A stretch of 62,585 nucleotides of DNA, filler included, from Jimgerdemannia flammicorona (Eukaryota), in assembly GCA_003990765.1 (NCBI GenBank). It is 2 parts of 2 records of this genome, joined end to end, with 100 filler letters (N's around TTAATTAATTAA, not from the genome) between each part and the next. Parts side by side here need not be neighbours in the genome. Positions count along the whole stretch, not along the records: positions 1 to 31,259 come from RBNJ01000406.1; positions 31,360 to 62,585 come from RBNJ01000407.1. One strand, given 5' to 3'. Positions 27,801 to 38,772 of the stretch are shown piece after piece. The stretch's first letter is position 1. Each line of letters opens with the position of its first letter. The notes under the pieces were generated by a model, which was not told the DNA's origin, ran no database searches, and saw only the letters and a program-made list of their open reading frames with translations. The translations under genes were made by a program, and so were the position numbers.

Positions 27801-29976
27801 GGATGTAAAAAAAAACATTTCGTTACCATGGCCAACAAGAATAAAAATGGCATATGGTTTGGCATGTGGATTACAGCATATGCATGCCAAAGGAATTGTA
27901 CATCGAGGTATTTACATTTTTCCATTTATGCTCTGAATGTATAGAGTAGTTCTTGTTCCCTTATATGTTAGTGACAAAATATTATATTTTATTAGGGTTG
28001 GATTGCGAGAATGTTCTAGTCCGCAAAGATGGCTCAGTGGCACTGACAGGCTTCAGTCTGAGCGGACTCACCTGCTCAACGACAAACGCTCGCATCCGGG
28101 AACAGCTGGACTATTATGATGGAGTGCAAGTAGATTTCGAGAAGAGCGATATTTACAGCCTTGGAATTCTGTTGTGGGAGATTCTACATGAGAAGCGTGC
28201 ATTTGAGGATAACTACAATCCAGACCTCCTCGATAATATCATGGACGGCCTCCGACCAGGAATGGACACAGAGACTGTATTACCGATGAAAAATGTCCCG
28301 CTTGATTACATTCGGCTCTATGAGGTATGTTGGGATACCGACATACTTGTTTGGCCTCCCATAGATACCGTGGTGTCCAGGTTGCGAGACCTGAAGTCCG
28401 CCGAAGATGATCGTGACTTCAACTGGGAACTATTGGAGAGCGTCTGGCTAGGCCTAGAAGACCAAAGAAAAATAGGTTCGTGCGTTGAATTTATTACATT
28501 ATTTAATTTCTGCAGTTGGTTCACGTAGGTTATTCAATAAATCTTTTGCAACATATGACAGGAATTGATATCAACAAGGAGCTGGAGCAATTGGGGTTAG
28601 ACATTATTGCTTTTGAAAATCTGTTCTTTACTCAAAAGAATGCTTGCAGGGGTGGGTTTGCAGATATCCATATGGGTGTTTTGAGCATCAAAAAAGATAT
28701 AAAAGTAGAAGTAGCTGTCAAATCGCAACTGAAGCATGCAGCAGATATAATACAAGAAGTGCGAATTCTAAAGATGGTGACAGGTCATCCGAATATTGTC
28801 CGATTCTATGGTATTACAAGGTATGTCTTGATGAATTTCAAATCATTAAAATTCTAATTTTGGAAATATGAAAAATATTTGTGATATGCTCATATAATTC
28901 GCTTTCTATTTCTTTATAGAGATGTCACCTTGAACTATATTGTCATGCACAGGGCCCAATCGTGTCTTCAGAAATATATTCATTACAACAAGGCGTTTAT
29001 TAGTATGCCTTGGGCTGAAAAGGTCAAGATCGCGTTGGATATTGCACAAGGGTTGCAATTCCTTCACCAACACCATATAATTCATTGCGACATGCATAGT
29101 GGCAACATTCTTATAGACGATGTAAGCACATCTCGAATTCCTTATATTTACATTGGCTGAGGACGTATGCTCATTGTCAATTATATTTTTGTATAGGATG
29201 GGTCGGCTCTTCTCACGGACTTTGGGCTGAGCCGAACTTTCGAGGAGGCGCAACGCCCAGAATTCCGAATCAAGATCTACGGCCGACTTGCATACATCGC
29301 TCCTGAACTCTGGAAGAAGCCACCCCCGCCATACAACTACTTGCACGACATTTTTGGCTTTGGTGTCTTGTGTTGGGAGATTGCGTCGTCCGAATTTCCT
29401 GGCAGCAATGAGAGAGCAGTTAACCCTAACCGTTTGAAGCCCCTGCCACTGTGTCCCAGCCCTGAATATCAAAATTTGTACCGATGTTGTGGATCAGCGC
29501 AGCCGAAGGAGCGACCTGAGATGGAAGAGATCGTCAGCATCCTAAAATCGGTACACGAGCAACTCCTCCTGCACTCTGCTCATGGCGTCTCTGTGGCCCC
29601 AGTGGACATTCCGCGCATCACAGAGAATACGATTCCAGACAGTATGCGCCAGAATTTGGATGGTCTAGTTGATATATCTTCATTAGTGTTGGGACCTTTG
29701 ACAAGGGAGGCTACAATTCTGGAAGATGCACGACAGAATTCCAACAGACGAGTTGAGATGTTTTTGTCAACATCAGTGGCCGGTCACAAGCCGTCTGTCC
29801 AACTGCGTGATCAATTCGTCTCTTCGAGAGTAGCAACCGAACGACGCTCAACAGAGGAGGATATGTTGCCTGGTACGATGCAGCAAAATTTGAACATTCC
29901 ATCTGCATCAGAGTCATTAGCAGGGAATGCTCATCCTTCCGAATATAGGAAAAAGGTAGTATATCAGAGAAAATGA
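24812..29976 (+). CDS. LRR-pseudokinase-kinase protein (13 RNI-like LRR exons plus tandem TKL-type kinase domains), 20 exons, about 1191 aa
   Basis: Manual GT-AG model stays in frame: 24812-24854, 24951-25028, 25103-25186, 25268-25351, 25426-25509, 25589-25672, 25743-25826, 25899-25982, 26055-26138, 26211-26294, 26367-26450, 26522-26605, 26679-26762, 26858-26941, 27105-27654, 27732-27907, 27996-28475, 28562-28820, 28920-29121, 29197-29976. LRR consensus xNxIGAEGARALAESLKQNTTLTQLNLx. Kinase 1: GRGNYG, VAVK, HRGLDCEN, TGFS. Kinase 2: VAVK, HCDMHSGN, DFG, APE. The LRR-to-kinase junction (26941 to 27105) is the least certain. Confidence 0.85.
24951..26941 (+). repeat. Tandem array of about 156-bp exon+intron units (84-nt LRR exon plus about 72-nt intron)
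   Basis: Eleven 84-nt exons plus a 78-nt first exon and a divergent 84-nt last exon. Introns share GTATGTCGGAAATCAGTGTG...GAATGTGGGTGATTCGATCCAGCTGACCTGTGCGTATT. Confidence 0.95.
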
Positions 29977-30187
29977 AAATTCATAACTTGGAAAATTTAC
30001 AGAGTGATGTGTTTGATTTGAAATTTCTTATTTTGGCTTTATTGTTAAAATCTTTCTTAATCTTGTATTGATGTAAGAGAGTGTAAATTTTGTCATTCTT
30101 TATTTAGTTTATTTTTGCCAATTGATATATAGTGCATCATACTTATACTCAACCTTTTTTTAATGTATTTTTAAAAAAAAAAAAAAA

Positions 30188-30745
30188 AATTATAAATTGA
30201 TATAAAATTCTATTAAGTTTAATCAAATAGAGAGCTTTTTTTTTATTATTATATATAATATTTTAATAAAAATAGTTTTTTTTACTATTTCATAATAGAT
30301 ATCATAACTGGTCATAATTTTGACCTTAAATTAAGTAATTTCACAAAGCCAAATTAATTAAAAAGGCTATTCATAAAACTGATCACAATTTCAGTAAGTC
30401 TAGGAGTTACTTTTATAAATTATATTAGCTGAATATTTTATTTACTGAGTTCTCCTTTGTTGAGATCTTTTTTACTAAGTTCTCTCTTCAACTAATCTCA
30501 TTCTTACTGAGTTTTCTTTTGCTAATATGAAATAAGCTAATTATATAATATTTTTAAAGTGAAAAACTATAATATTATATTATTATATAATTTATATACT
30601 TAAATTTTTATTACTCCTTTTAACAGATTTAATAATAAATAAATAAAATTATAAATTAATAGAGTATTCTATTAAGTTTAATTAAATAGAGAGCTTTTTT
30701 TATTTTTATATATAATATTTTAATAAAAATGGTTTTTTTACTATT
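30188..30745 (+). repeat. AT-rich direct repeat pair of about 100 bp (about 30188-30290 and 30647-30745)
   Basis: AATTATAAATT...TTCTATTAAGTTTAAT.AAATAGAGAGCTTTTTT...TATATAATATTTTAATAAAAAT.GTTTTTTTACTATT occurs twice. Confidence 0.7.
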
Positions 30746-31106
30746 CTATAACTTAAAATATCATAATTTATAAATCTCTTCTCCTCCATATTAACTATGT
30801 TAAAAAAAATATATTATTAAAAATATATATAGTAAATATTATCTACTTTAATAAAATAGAGAGTTTTTTACTATTTTTATTTTAGTTATAATAATATATA
30901 AATTTAAATAATATAATTATTAGTATTATATATAATATAGAACTGAAATTGTAACTGGTCTTTTACTAAGTTGAATTTATTCTCTCTAGTTATAATTTTG
31001 ATCTTAAACTAATCATTAAAATTGTGACCAACCTTTTATGGGTGTGGATTTAACTTTAAAGATTATGACTGAGAAGAATGTAATATCTATATTTTATTTC
31101 TAACTT

Positions 31107-31108
<2 letters not shown>

Positions 31109-31149
<41 letters not shown>

Positions 31150-31860
31150 ACTCATAGTCTTGTGGATTTTTATTGGAAGAGATCGTAGACTATATAGGCC
31201 AAATCCCTCCCCCACCACCTATCATATATTTTCCTCTCTTTTTTTTTGTTTTTTTTTTTNNNNNNNNNNNNNNNNNNNNNNNNNNNNNNNNNNNNNNNNN
31301 NNNTTAATTAATTAANNNNNNNNNNNNNNNNNNNNNNNNNNNNNNNNNNNNNNNNNNNNCTCCTTCCCTGCCAATCTAATCCTGACATCCACATCGCCTG
31401 TCCTGATAGTCGTCCCCTCCCATATCTGAAAGCCAATGTCCACTATGTCCCCATACTCAGCCATCACCTCCTCTATCCTCCTCCTCGTCTCCTCCTTAGT
31501 CACCGTGGGCACCCCCCTTACCAGAAGCTGCACCACCCTGGGGTCCCACCTCAAGCACCTCACCATGGGGACTGCCACCTCCCCAACCACCACTCCCGCC
31601 TTCAAGGCCTCATCCAGCAGGCCTGCCTCCTCAAATCCCACCTCAACCCCCTCTAGGCCCTTCAAGAACTTCACCGAAGCTGCCCCAGCCATCTGCCTCA
31701 AGATCAGCCCCAGGACCATCTTCGCCGTCACTGCCAAGCCTCGGAAGCACAAGGTGGCCGCGAACTCCGAGATCGACTTCTTGAGCAACGGGGCCACCGC
31801 CAGCCCCGTGACACCATCAGCCAGGTCTCCCTTCCGCATCGGGACCCCCTGCCCCCCCAT
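31109..31860 (-). mobile_element. Young LINE element broken by an assembly gap: poly(A) 3' end (31109-31220) and ORF1 fragment (31360-31860)
   Basis: Poly-T and the shared LINE 3' terminus lie left of the gap. Right of the gap is an uninterrupted GC-rich ORF (VVQLLVRGVPTVTKEETRRRIEEVMAEYGDIVDIGFQIWEGTTIRTGDVDVRIRL) resembling the RRM-like region of LINE ORF1. Confidence 0.65.
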
Positions 31861-32859
31861 AATATTAGTTAGTCTTAGATAAGTAATATCTTTAAATTTA
31901 TTTCTGACAAATAGATAAATAGTACTCTGAATGGATGGAGTTGATTTAGATGAGATTCAATTCAGATTCATTATATGATAGATTCAAATCAACTCAGATT
32001 GGTCTCATGATCTGATCCAGATTGATCTAGATTGATTCATCTGGATTGAAATCTTTGGTGACATCATCATTTCTTTTGTTTTCTCTCTTCTTTTGTTCTT
32101 TTTTTATTCTTTTTTCTTTTCTGCTATATCACAAGTAAACAAAACAGCAGCTCTTAATCATATATTGATTCAGTCTACTTATTTTTTACCCTACAATAAT
32201 CATCAAAAGAGAGAGTATTTGAGATGGAAATGTACTCTCTGCTGACAATGTTAGATTCTTTCTTATATAGGCAGCATATAAGCTGCTCATCAAGAGCCAA
32301 AGAAATAATGGTAATAGTGATGGTGGTAGTGATGATGGAGATGAGGGAGAATTCCAGCAATAACTCATAGCAGCCCTTTAGACCTTGAAATTCACAGACC
32401 TTATAGCTATATGTGATAGCCTTTTTGGAGCAGCTGATAGTAGATATAGGTTGCTCACTCTACTGCTACTTATTTACTTGTATTTATTTAAATTTTCCCA
32501 GCACAACTCAATTCACCTCATGCTTTTCTTAGGGTCCACAGCTCTATGGTGAGATCTGCCAACTTTATTCACAACATCTGATTAAAATGAAGAAAGGCTG
32601 GTAGATATTGTGGAGTATGCCTTTGATGGCTAAGCTATTGAGTCAATGCATTATATAGTAGAGATTTCAAAAGGAACAGAAGCAAGCCTTTATGAGTAAT
32701 CTTATGCAACTTATATAACTTGTGCAACTTATCAGCATGTAACTCATTGATATACAACTCACTCACTCACTCACTCATACTCTTTTTCTAAAATACCCAT
32801 CTCTATGTTTTATTTAACTTTATTTTTATATGGTCTCTTTCTAAAAAAAACACCTATAC

Positions 32860-32975
32860 TTGTATGCAACCTATCTACACACAACCTGTCTATATATAAT
32901 CTGCTCACATATAACTCATCTGTATATAACTCATCTATATGCAACTTATCTATATGTAACTCATCTGTATACTTA
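32860..32975 (+). repeat. Degenerate 15-bp tandem repeat (AACTCATCTGTATAT-like)
   Basis: Recurring units such as CAACCTATCTACACA, CAACCTGTCTATATA and TAACTCATCTGTATA. Confidence 0.6.
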
Positions 32976-34217
32976 TCTCAACTCTTCAGATCAGGGCTCA
33001 GTTCTATTGGAAAGAAGAGTTTAAAGTTACCTAAGTTTAATTATGTTCAGTATCTAATTAAATAGAGAAATTCAAGAGCAAGATATTCAGCATGAGTAGT
33101 ACCAGTATCATCATCAAAGCTTGAGGGTCTATATTCAAATCAGAGCCAATCATTCTCAACCAAGGAGTCCATTGGCCAGCAGGAGTAATCAATAATAAAG
33201 AGAACTATATCATTATTAACAAATATAGAGAGGTGGTTATAATGGTAATAAAAAACCTCTATAGTGATAAGCTTTACCACTACATCAATAAGATTTGTGA
33301 GAATTGTATCAAATACTGAGTGACAGGAAATAGAGAGTGAAAAAAGCAAAGAGGGGGAGTTTGGATGAGAATTGAGTATACTGTAACATTGATAAAGGGT
33401 GGATTCTGGAGTTCTGAAATTCTCTGCACTTGTCTTTCTTTTTTTTACTCCTCTTCAGATAATTACACTTTTCACTGATATATTCTTTTTTGATACAATT
33501 CTAGGGATACACAAGATTCTATACTTCTACCAGAACTTTAGAAGTACTATTGAAGAGCAAACTATATGTAAGCATGACATAGTCTATATGGTAATGACAG
33601 CTATGATCTAGAGTTCTTTGAGCAGATTGGTAGAGTATATGGTAGACCAGCTTGATAGTGATCTTGGTATAGCTGTATATATATTCTTGGTGCAATTTAG
33701 TATATCATATGAGATAAGGAGCTCCACTTTATTTGGATACTATAGCCTGGAGGGTTTCTACTCTCCTACATGTAAAAAGAACTAACTAGATTCCATCTAT
33801 CTGATAGATTTCTAAGCCAGAGCTCCTGGGGCTGAACCAAGAGTAGGTATTCACTAGCACAGTCTAGCAGTATGAGGTTCTGGATCAAGAGTTCACCCAA
33901 CTGTATACTTATGTCACATCAGGATATATCAGATACAATATTTCTCTATCCATATATACAAACAACAATATCATCTCAGTAATATTCTATATTTCAGAAA
34001 AGAAGGACCCAATCTGAGAGAATAGTAGTGAAATCTAGTATAATCTCACCTATAGTTTCAGGGTCCTATTTATAGCCAACATGGCTATCCTATTCTAACC
34101 ACATGACCACTATGGCACTATTGCCTTTGAGGAGAGCTCAGACATAATAGTTATTATACTTACAACAGATGACAGACTCATTAAGGCCTGAGACCAGTAG
34201 GTGGAGCAGTTTTTGTA

Positions 34218-34327
34218 AGGATTAGGCAATCTTTTATGAGGGTTAGGCAATCTTTTGTGAGAGTTAGGCAATCTTTCATGAGAGTTAGGCAATCTTTTAT
34301 AAGAGTTAGGCAATCTTTTATAAGGGT
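34218..34327 (+). repeat. 21-bp tandem repeat, 5 copies
   Basis: GAGTTAGGCAATCTTTTATGA and variants repeated head to tail. Confidence 0.9.
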
Positions 34328-34477
34328 CTAGCAGTTATTTTGTGTAGGTTGGGCTGGCAGCTGGGTGCCTCTTCTGTAGCTAGTACTCCTAATGAGTCAA
34401 TTTAATCCAGATTGGATTCGGATTGATTCGGATTGAATCCCATCTGGATCAACTCAGATGGGATTCAAATCCCATCC

Positions 34478-34918
34478 AGATGGATTTGAATCAATCATTG
34501 TTTTGATTTCCAAATTAGACAATTAAATGTTTACATCAATAACTCAATGAATAATCATCCAAATTTGATAATATTGATGTCATTCGAAAGCCCTTAATAA
34601 GGCTTATCTATTGATACCAAGAACATTGAAATCAGATCATGCATTGCTGAGTTATGAAGGAAACCGTCTGAATCGTCAATTTTGGAAATTCTTCGATTTG
34701 CCGATTTTGGAAATTTCGTCAAATAGAACGTTTTCCTAAATATCTCGGCAACGCGTAATCTGATTTTAATGTTCTTGGTATCACTAGAAAGGCCTTATTA
34801 AGGGCTTTCAAATGACACCAGGATCATCAAATTTGGATGATTATTCATCGAGTTATTGATGTAAACATTTAATTGTCTAATTTGGAAATCAAAACAATGG
34901 TTGATTCGAATCCATCCG
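34478..34918. mobile_element. Fold-back / MITE-like long inverted repeat (arms about 190 bp, spacer about 60 bp)
   Basis: About 34478-34667 is the reverse complement of about 34728-34918, e.g. CATTGTTTTGATTTCCAAATTAGACAATTAAATGTTTACATCAATAACTC vs GAGTTATTGATGTAAACATTTAATTGTCTAATTTGGAAATCAAAACAATG. Confidence 0.85.
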
Positions 34919-35099
34919 AATCCCATCCAGATTGACTTGTTCAGAGCACTATCTGTAGCACTAGTTTTAGTCATTATGCTAAGCCCTACTGGCCCCTTAG
35001 TTCTGCTCTTGTAGTGCCACCAGTGCAGTACTGCAGTGTAGGGCCAGAGTGCTCATGAGATCTGAACTGACAATAGAGCTCAAATCTGTGGTGGACTTC

Positions 35100-35800
35100 A
35101 ACCACCGGAAGTACCCTCTGACTATCAGAAACATCCTCCAACCACCAGAAGTACTCTCTGATTGCCAGAAGTACCCTCTGACTACTGAAAATATCCTCCA
35201 ACCACCAGAAGTACCTTCTGACTGCTAGAAGTATCCTCTAACTATCAGAAGTACTCTCTGATCCAGACTTGGACTCCTTGGTGGCTTGGGGCTGCCTCTA
35301 TACTACTGGCAGAGAACCATAAATTTTGTATACTCTCTCTGCCAATCCTGCTGACCCCTGGTCTGAATACAGACTGCTGGTGGGAGCTCTGCTTATCTCA
35401 GATACTTGTGACTTGGGGCTGCCTCTTACTGCTGGCAGAGGGCTGCAAATTTTATATACTCTCTCTGCCGACTCTATACCTACTGACCCCACCAACCAAT
35501 CTCATCTACTAACCCTGCCTACTGATAGCTTGAGGCTACCCCTCACTGCTAGCAGAGGACTACAAATTTTGCATACTCCCTCTACCTACCCCCCCCCTCT
35601 ACCAACCTCCCATCTCAGATACTTATAACTTAGAGCAGCCCCTTGCTACCAGCAGAGGGTCACAAATTTTGCATGCTTTCTCTACTAACCCCACACCCAC
35701 CAACCTTACTGATCTGAGCATTGATAGCTTAGAGCTATCTCTTGCTGCTAGTGAAGGGCTGCAAATTTTGTATACTCCCTTTGCCACTACCAACTCTGCC
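35100..35800 (+). repeat. Repeat cluster downstream of the hAT remnant: short CCAGAAGTACCCTCTGACT units (35100-35262) and five copies of a roughly 50-bp motif spaced 100-130 bp apart (35285-35790)
   Basis: CTTGGGGCTGCCTCTTACTGCTGGCAGAGGGCTGCAAATTTTGTATACTC-like motif near 35285, 35412, 35529, 35629 and 35729. Confidence 0.8.
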
Positions 35801-35944
35801 AACCACTGCCCCACTTGGGCCACAAACTCCAGGTCAAGTCCTTAGGTTTTTTTTCCTTTTTATTTTGGAAAGGTATTAAATATTCCACAAGACCAACCAA
35901 CTTATCTGTAAATCCCAGAACCCACCAAATTTTAGTAGCCTGAG

Positions 35945-36900
35945 CCCCACCAAGACTTCAGACACATATATGCCCAGATTGTCTCAGTATTCAGTATATA
36001 TCTCTTTGGGACAATGAGGTCCACCTCACCTAAGAACACCTACTCAATGAGAGTGCTAGAGACAGAAATCACTAGGTAGTTCCAAGCCATACCACATAGG
36101 CTGGAGAAGTCTATTTGACATAGCTGCACACTCTGGTAGATAGAGCAGTAGTTATATTAAAGGGTTAAATTAGTCCAATACCCATCTGACAACTCACCTT
36201 CCATCAGTTGAGTATCTCTGTGCCCTCTAGCAGGATTATGCAGTCACTGGTGAGGTAAATAGTAAGTTTATCTATTGATGACAGCTCTTCCACTAATGAC
36301 TCCCTCTTCTTCTTTCTGCTGAAGTAAATGTAGGATAGGAGAGATCTCTCAGCATATTTATCTAGACTTCAGCCAGAACCTTATAGTAGCACATAGTTTT
36401 TCTAGTATACTTTGATTATAGCCTGCTTGGTTCTCTCAATGAAGTGCTACTCCTAGCCCTGATCTTTATAGTATTATAGCTTTAAGTGTAGATCCAGCAC
36501 TGTTCAGAAAAAAGAAAAGTGAGTTTTTATGGGAGTTTCTCTATTTTGGAAGGAGCAATAGCACATGTTGACATACCTATACTGATTAAATATACAGTAG
36601 TATCTGTTTTGGAGTAGTATTTTCTGAGCTTGCTTAGAGAAATCTTTATAGCATCTCTCTGATCTAGGCTTAACTATAAATTACTACAATTCTCTAGCCT
36701 ATCCTTAAGCTTATCCTCTAGCTGATCAATTAGAAGGTTGTATACTGATATTGCAGAGCTTATTGTCAGAGTCATTTGTTTAACTATATCTTTCATATAA
36801 TTATCAAAATACTGGTAGTTATATAGTGAGATATTACATTATACAGAGGCAGACAAAATGAATATAGAGCTAGAGCAATTACCACTTACTTCCAAAACTC
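35945..36900 (-). mobile_element. Decayed hAT transposase, C-terminal part
   Basis: Minus-strand translation gives KLRKYYSKTD...VLDLHLKL*YYKDQG*E and MAWNYLVISVSSTLIE*VF...LIVPKRYILNTETIWAYMCLKSW, matching the hAT dimerisation consensus (MARDYLAIPATS..SER.FS...CLKSW). Confidence 0.8.
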
Positions 36901-36939
36901 TGATAATATTCCTAAGTACATCCTACTTGCTTTTACCTA

Positions 36940-37421
36940 TTTTTTTTTTTTTTTTTTTTTTTTTTTATAGTTACTTGGACTCATCCTTTATTACACCCAT
37001 CTATCCTATATAAGTACAGTGAACCTACCTTCTATCTAATCCTCCTAGGGGGGCCCCTCTCCCCTACCCCTTCTCGACAAAACACCACTCTATCGAATAC
37101 AATTCCTACTCTCCCACTACTCTATTTACATATCCTCACCACCAAACCTTGCCATCACCCTCCTGAAGGACCCCAACCTAACCACCATCCAGTCATCAGA
37201 TCCCCCAACAGCTTCTCCCACCTTAAAACCTTCTCCTCAAATACAAAAAGCCAATGTCTCACCAATCCCATCCAAACTGCTAACACCCACCCAACAGTGA
37301 GCCAACTATCACCCACTCCCCTCACTAGCCGAGATCTCAAGTCCTCCCAGTGATCCCCCTCACCCGCCGGCCTGTGCTCCACACCCAGTCTATTCCCTAT
37401 CTCAACCCAAAAGTCCTTCAA
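36940..37421 (-). mobile_element. 5'-truncated LINE insertion with poly(A) tail and 16-bp TSD
   Basis: Poly-T at 36940-36966. TSD TACTTGCTTTTACCTA (36924-36939) vs TACTTGCTTTCACCTA (37422-37437). Trp-rich ORF 37155-37421 resembles a LINE ORF2 C-terminus. Confidence 0.85.
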
Positions 37422-38310
37422 TACTTGCTTTCACCTAGAGCCTCATCCTATATTTCCTTATCAGTAGCTACTATTGAATCTATTGACTTTTTTTGTTTTT
37501 TGTTTTTTGTTTTTTTTTTTTAAAAAAATTCTTCAATTATCTAAAATAAGTTACTTCAGTTGACTAAAGAAAAAAAAGAATACATATCATAGCAAACTCC
37601 AGCACATACTGGATCATTGCAAATATTGAGTTTTAATGTATATAGATGTCTAATACAAACTCTTTCGAGACTAAACTGATTACCTTACACTGTACAGCAA
37701 ATTTGTCTTGTTATTATAGGGATGATCAGACCAATACAACCAGTTTGTGCAGCTTGAAAATTATACTCAGGGCCCCTCCTCTCTCAGATGTTTTGTCTAT
37801 TATGTATAACATAGTGGATGCTTACTCTTAAAAGTACGTCAGATTTCTGTATCTTGAAAACTTGACTGTTCTGACTCTTGTAGAGTCTCTTGAAGTTGTA
37901 GGGGAGGGTGGGTGAGTTCGAAGTATATCTGCCCACAGGCTTACTAATTCCTTTGCTATCTCTTTGCTTTGAACTATTTCGATCTGAGATTTATTCACTC
38001 GAAGATACTGGGTTATTTATATAAGTTTTGCTAGCTATGAGATGGTTACTGAGTTATGTGGCTAAGTTTATGAGTCATTTAACACTTTGCGAAATGTTTC
38101 ATCAGTTGCAAAATGCTATACTATATCGGGGAGCTCGATCTTATACTTTGCAGAATATTTAGCAAGTTGCGAAATTGAGAACTGTTAACTATGTGGCTAT
38201 ACTACTTTGGGACTGGTTGCGATCAAGTATCTATTCCCTATTTCCTTCTTCCGAATCTGACTATACTATCACAACTTCCTCCTGAATAGATGATCTCGTC
38301 CCTAAAGCAT

Positions 38311-38772
38311 CTATTCAAACTCCCAAGCTTCAATGGTCTGTATGGTCTTATATTGCACAATTTGTTACATTACTGTTTCCCAATAGTGTCATCTGACTTG
38401 GTCAAAGTCTGAGAGGGTCACTCCTCACAGGTGGGCTAGTACTGATTCATCCTCTTGGAATAGCTTGTGGATTCTCTTGGCAATGGTGATCTGGGAATAG
38501 GAGAGCTGGCATTCTGCGATCCAATTTTCTTTGGTCATTTCTGGATCTTGGTTGAGTACTTGGCCAAGTTTGAAGTACTCTTAAAATTCGTTCCAATGCT
38601 GATAGGCCTTGAAGTGTGAGATCTGAGAGAGATGAGTCTGTACAATACTTTGGATACTGTCATAAGACTTCTCTATGGTCAGAGGCTCAGTGGTGTACCA
38701 TTGTCTCTTGATGGCTCTTTGGGCAGCACTAGTGATCTTGAGTGCCATCGCAGTACTTTTGTTACTGGCCAT
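38311..38772 (-). pseudogene. Extra ORF of unknown function between integrase and PPT of element C (about 153 codons, 4 internal stops)
   Basis: ORF 38581-38772 continues in frame through TAA/TGA codons as EYFKLGQVLNQDPEMTKENWIAECQLSYSQITIAKRIHKLFQEDESVLAHL*GVTLSDFDQVR*HYWETVM*QIVQYKTIQTIEAWEFE. Confidence 0.65.

Noticed and set aside
31260..31359. TTAATTAATTAA palindrome between N runs
   Set aside because: Looks like an assembly gap spacer with stops in all six frames, not biological sequence.
34110..34313. Heptad-repeat ORF MPNSYKRLPNSHERL...
   Set aside because: Simply the translation of the 21-bp tandem repeat; no evidence of a gene.
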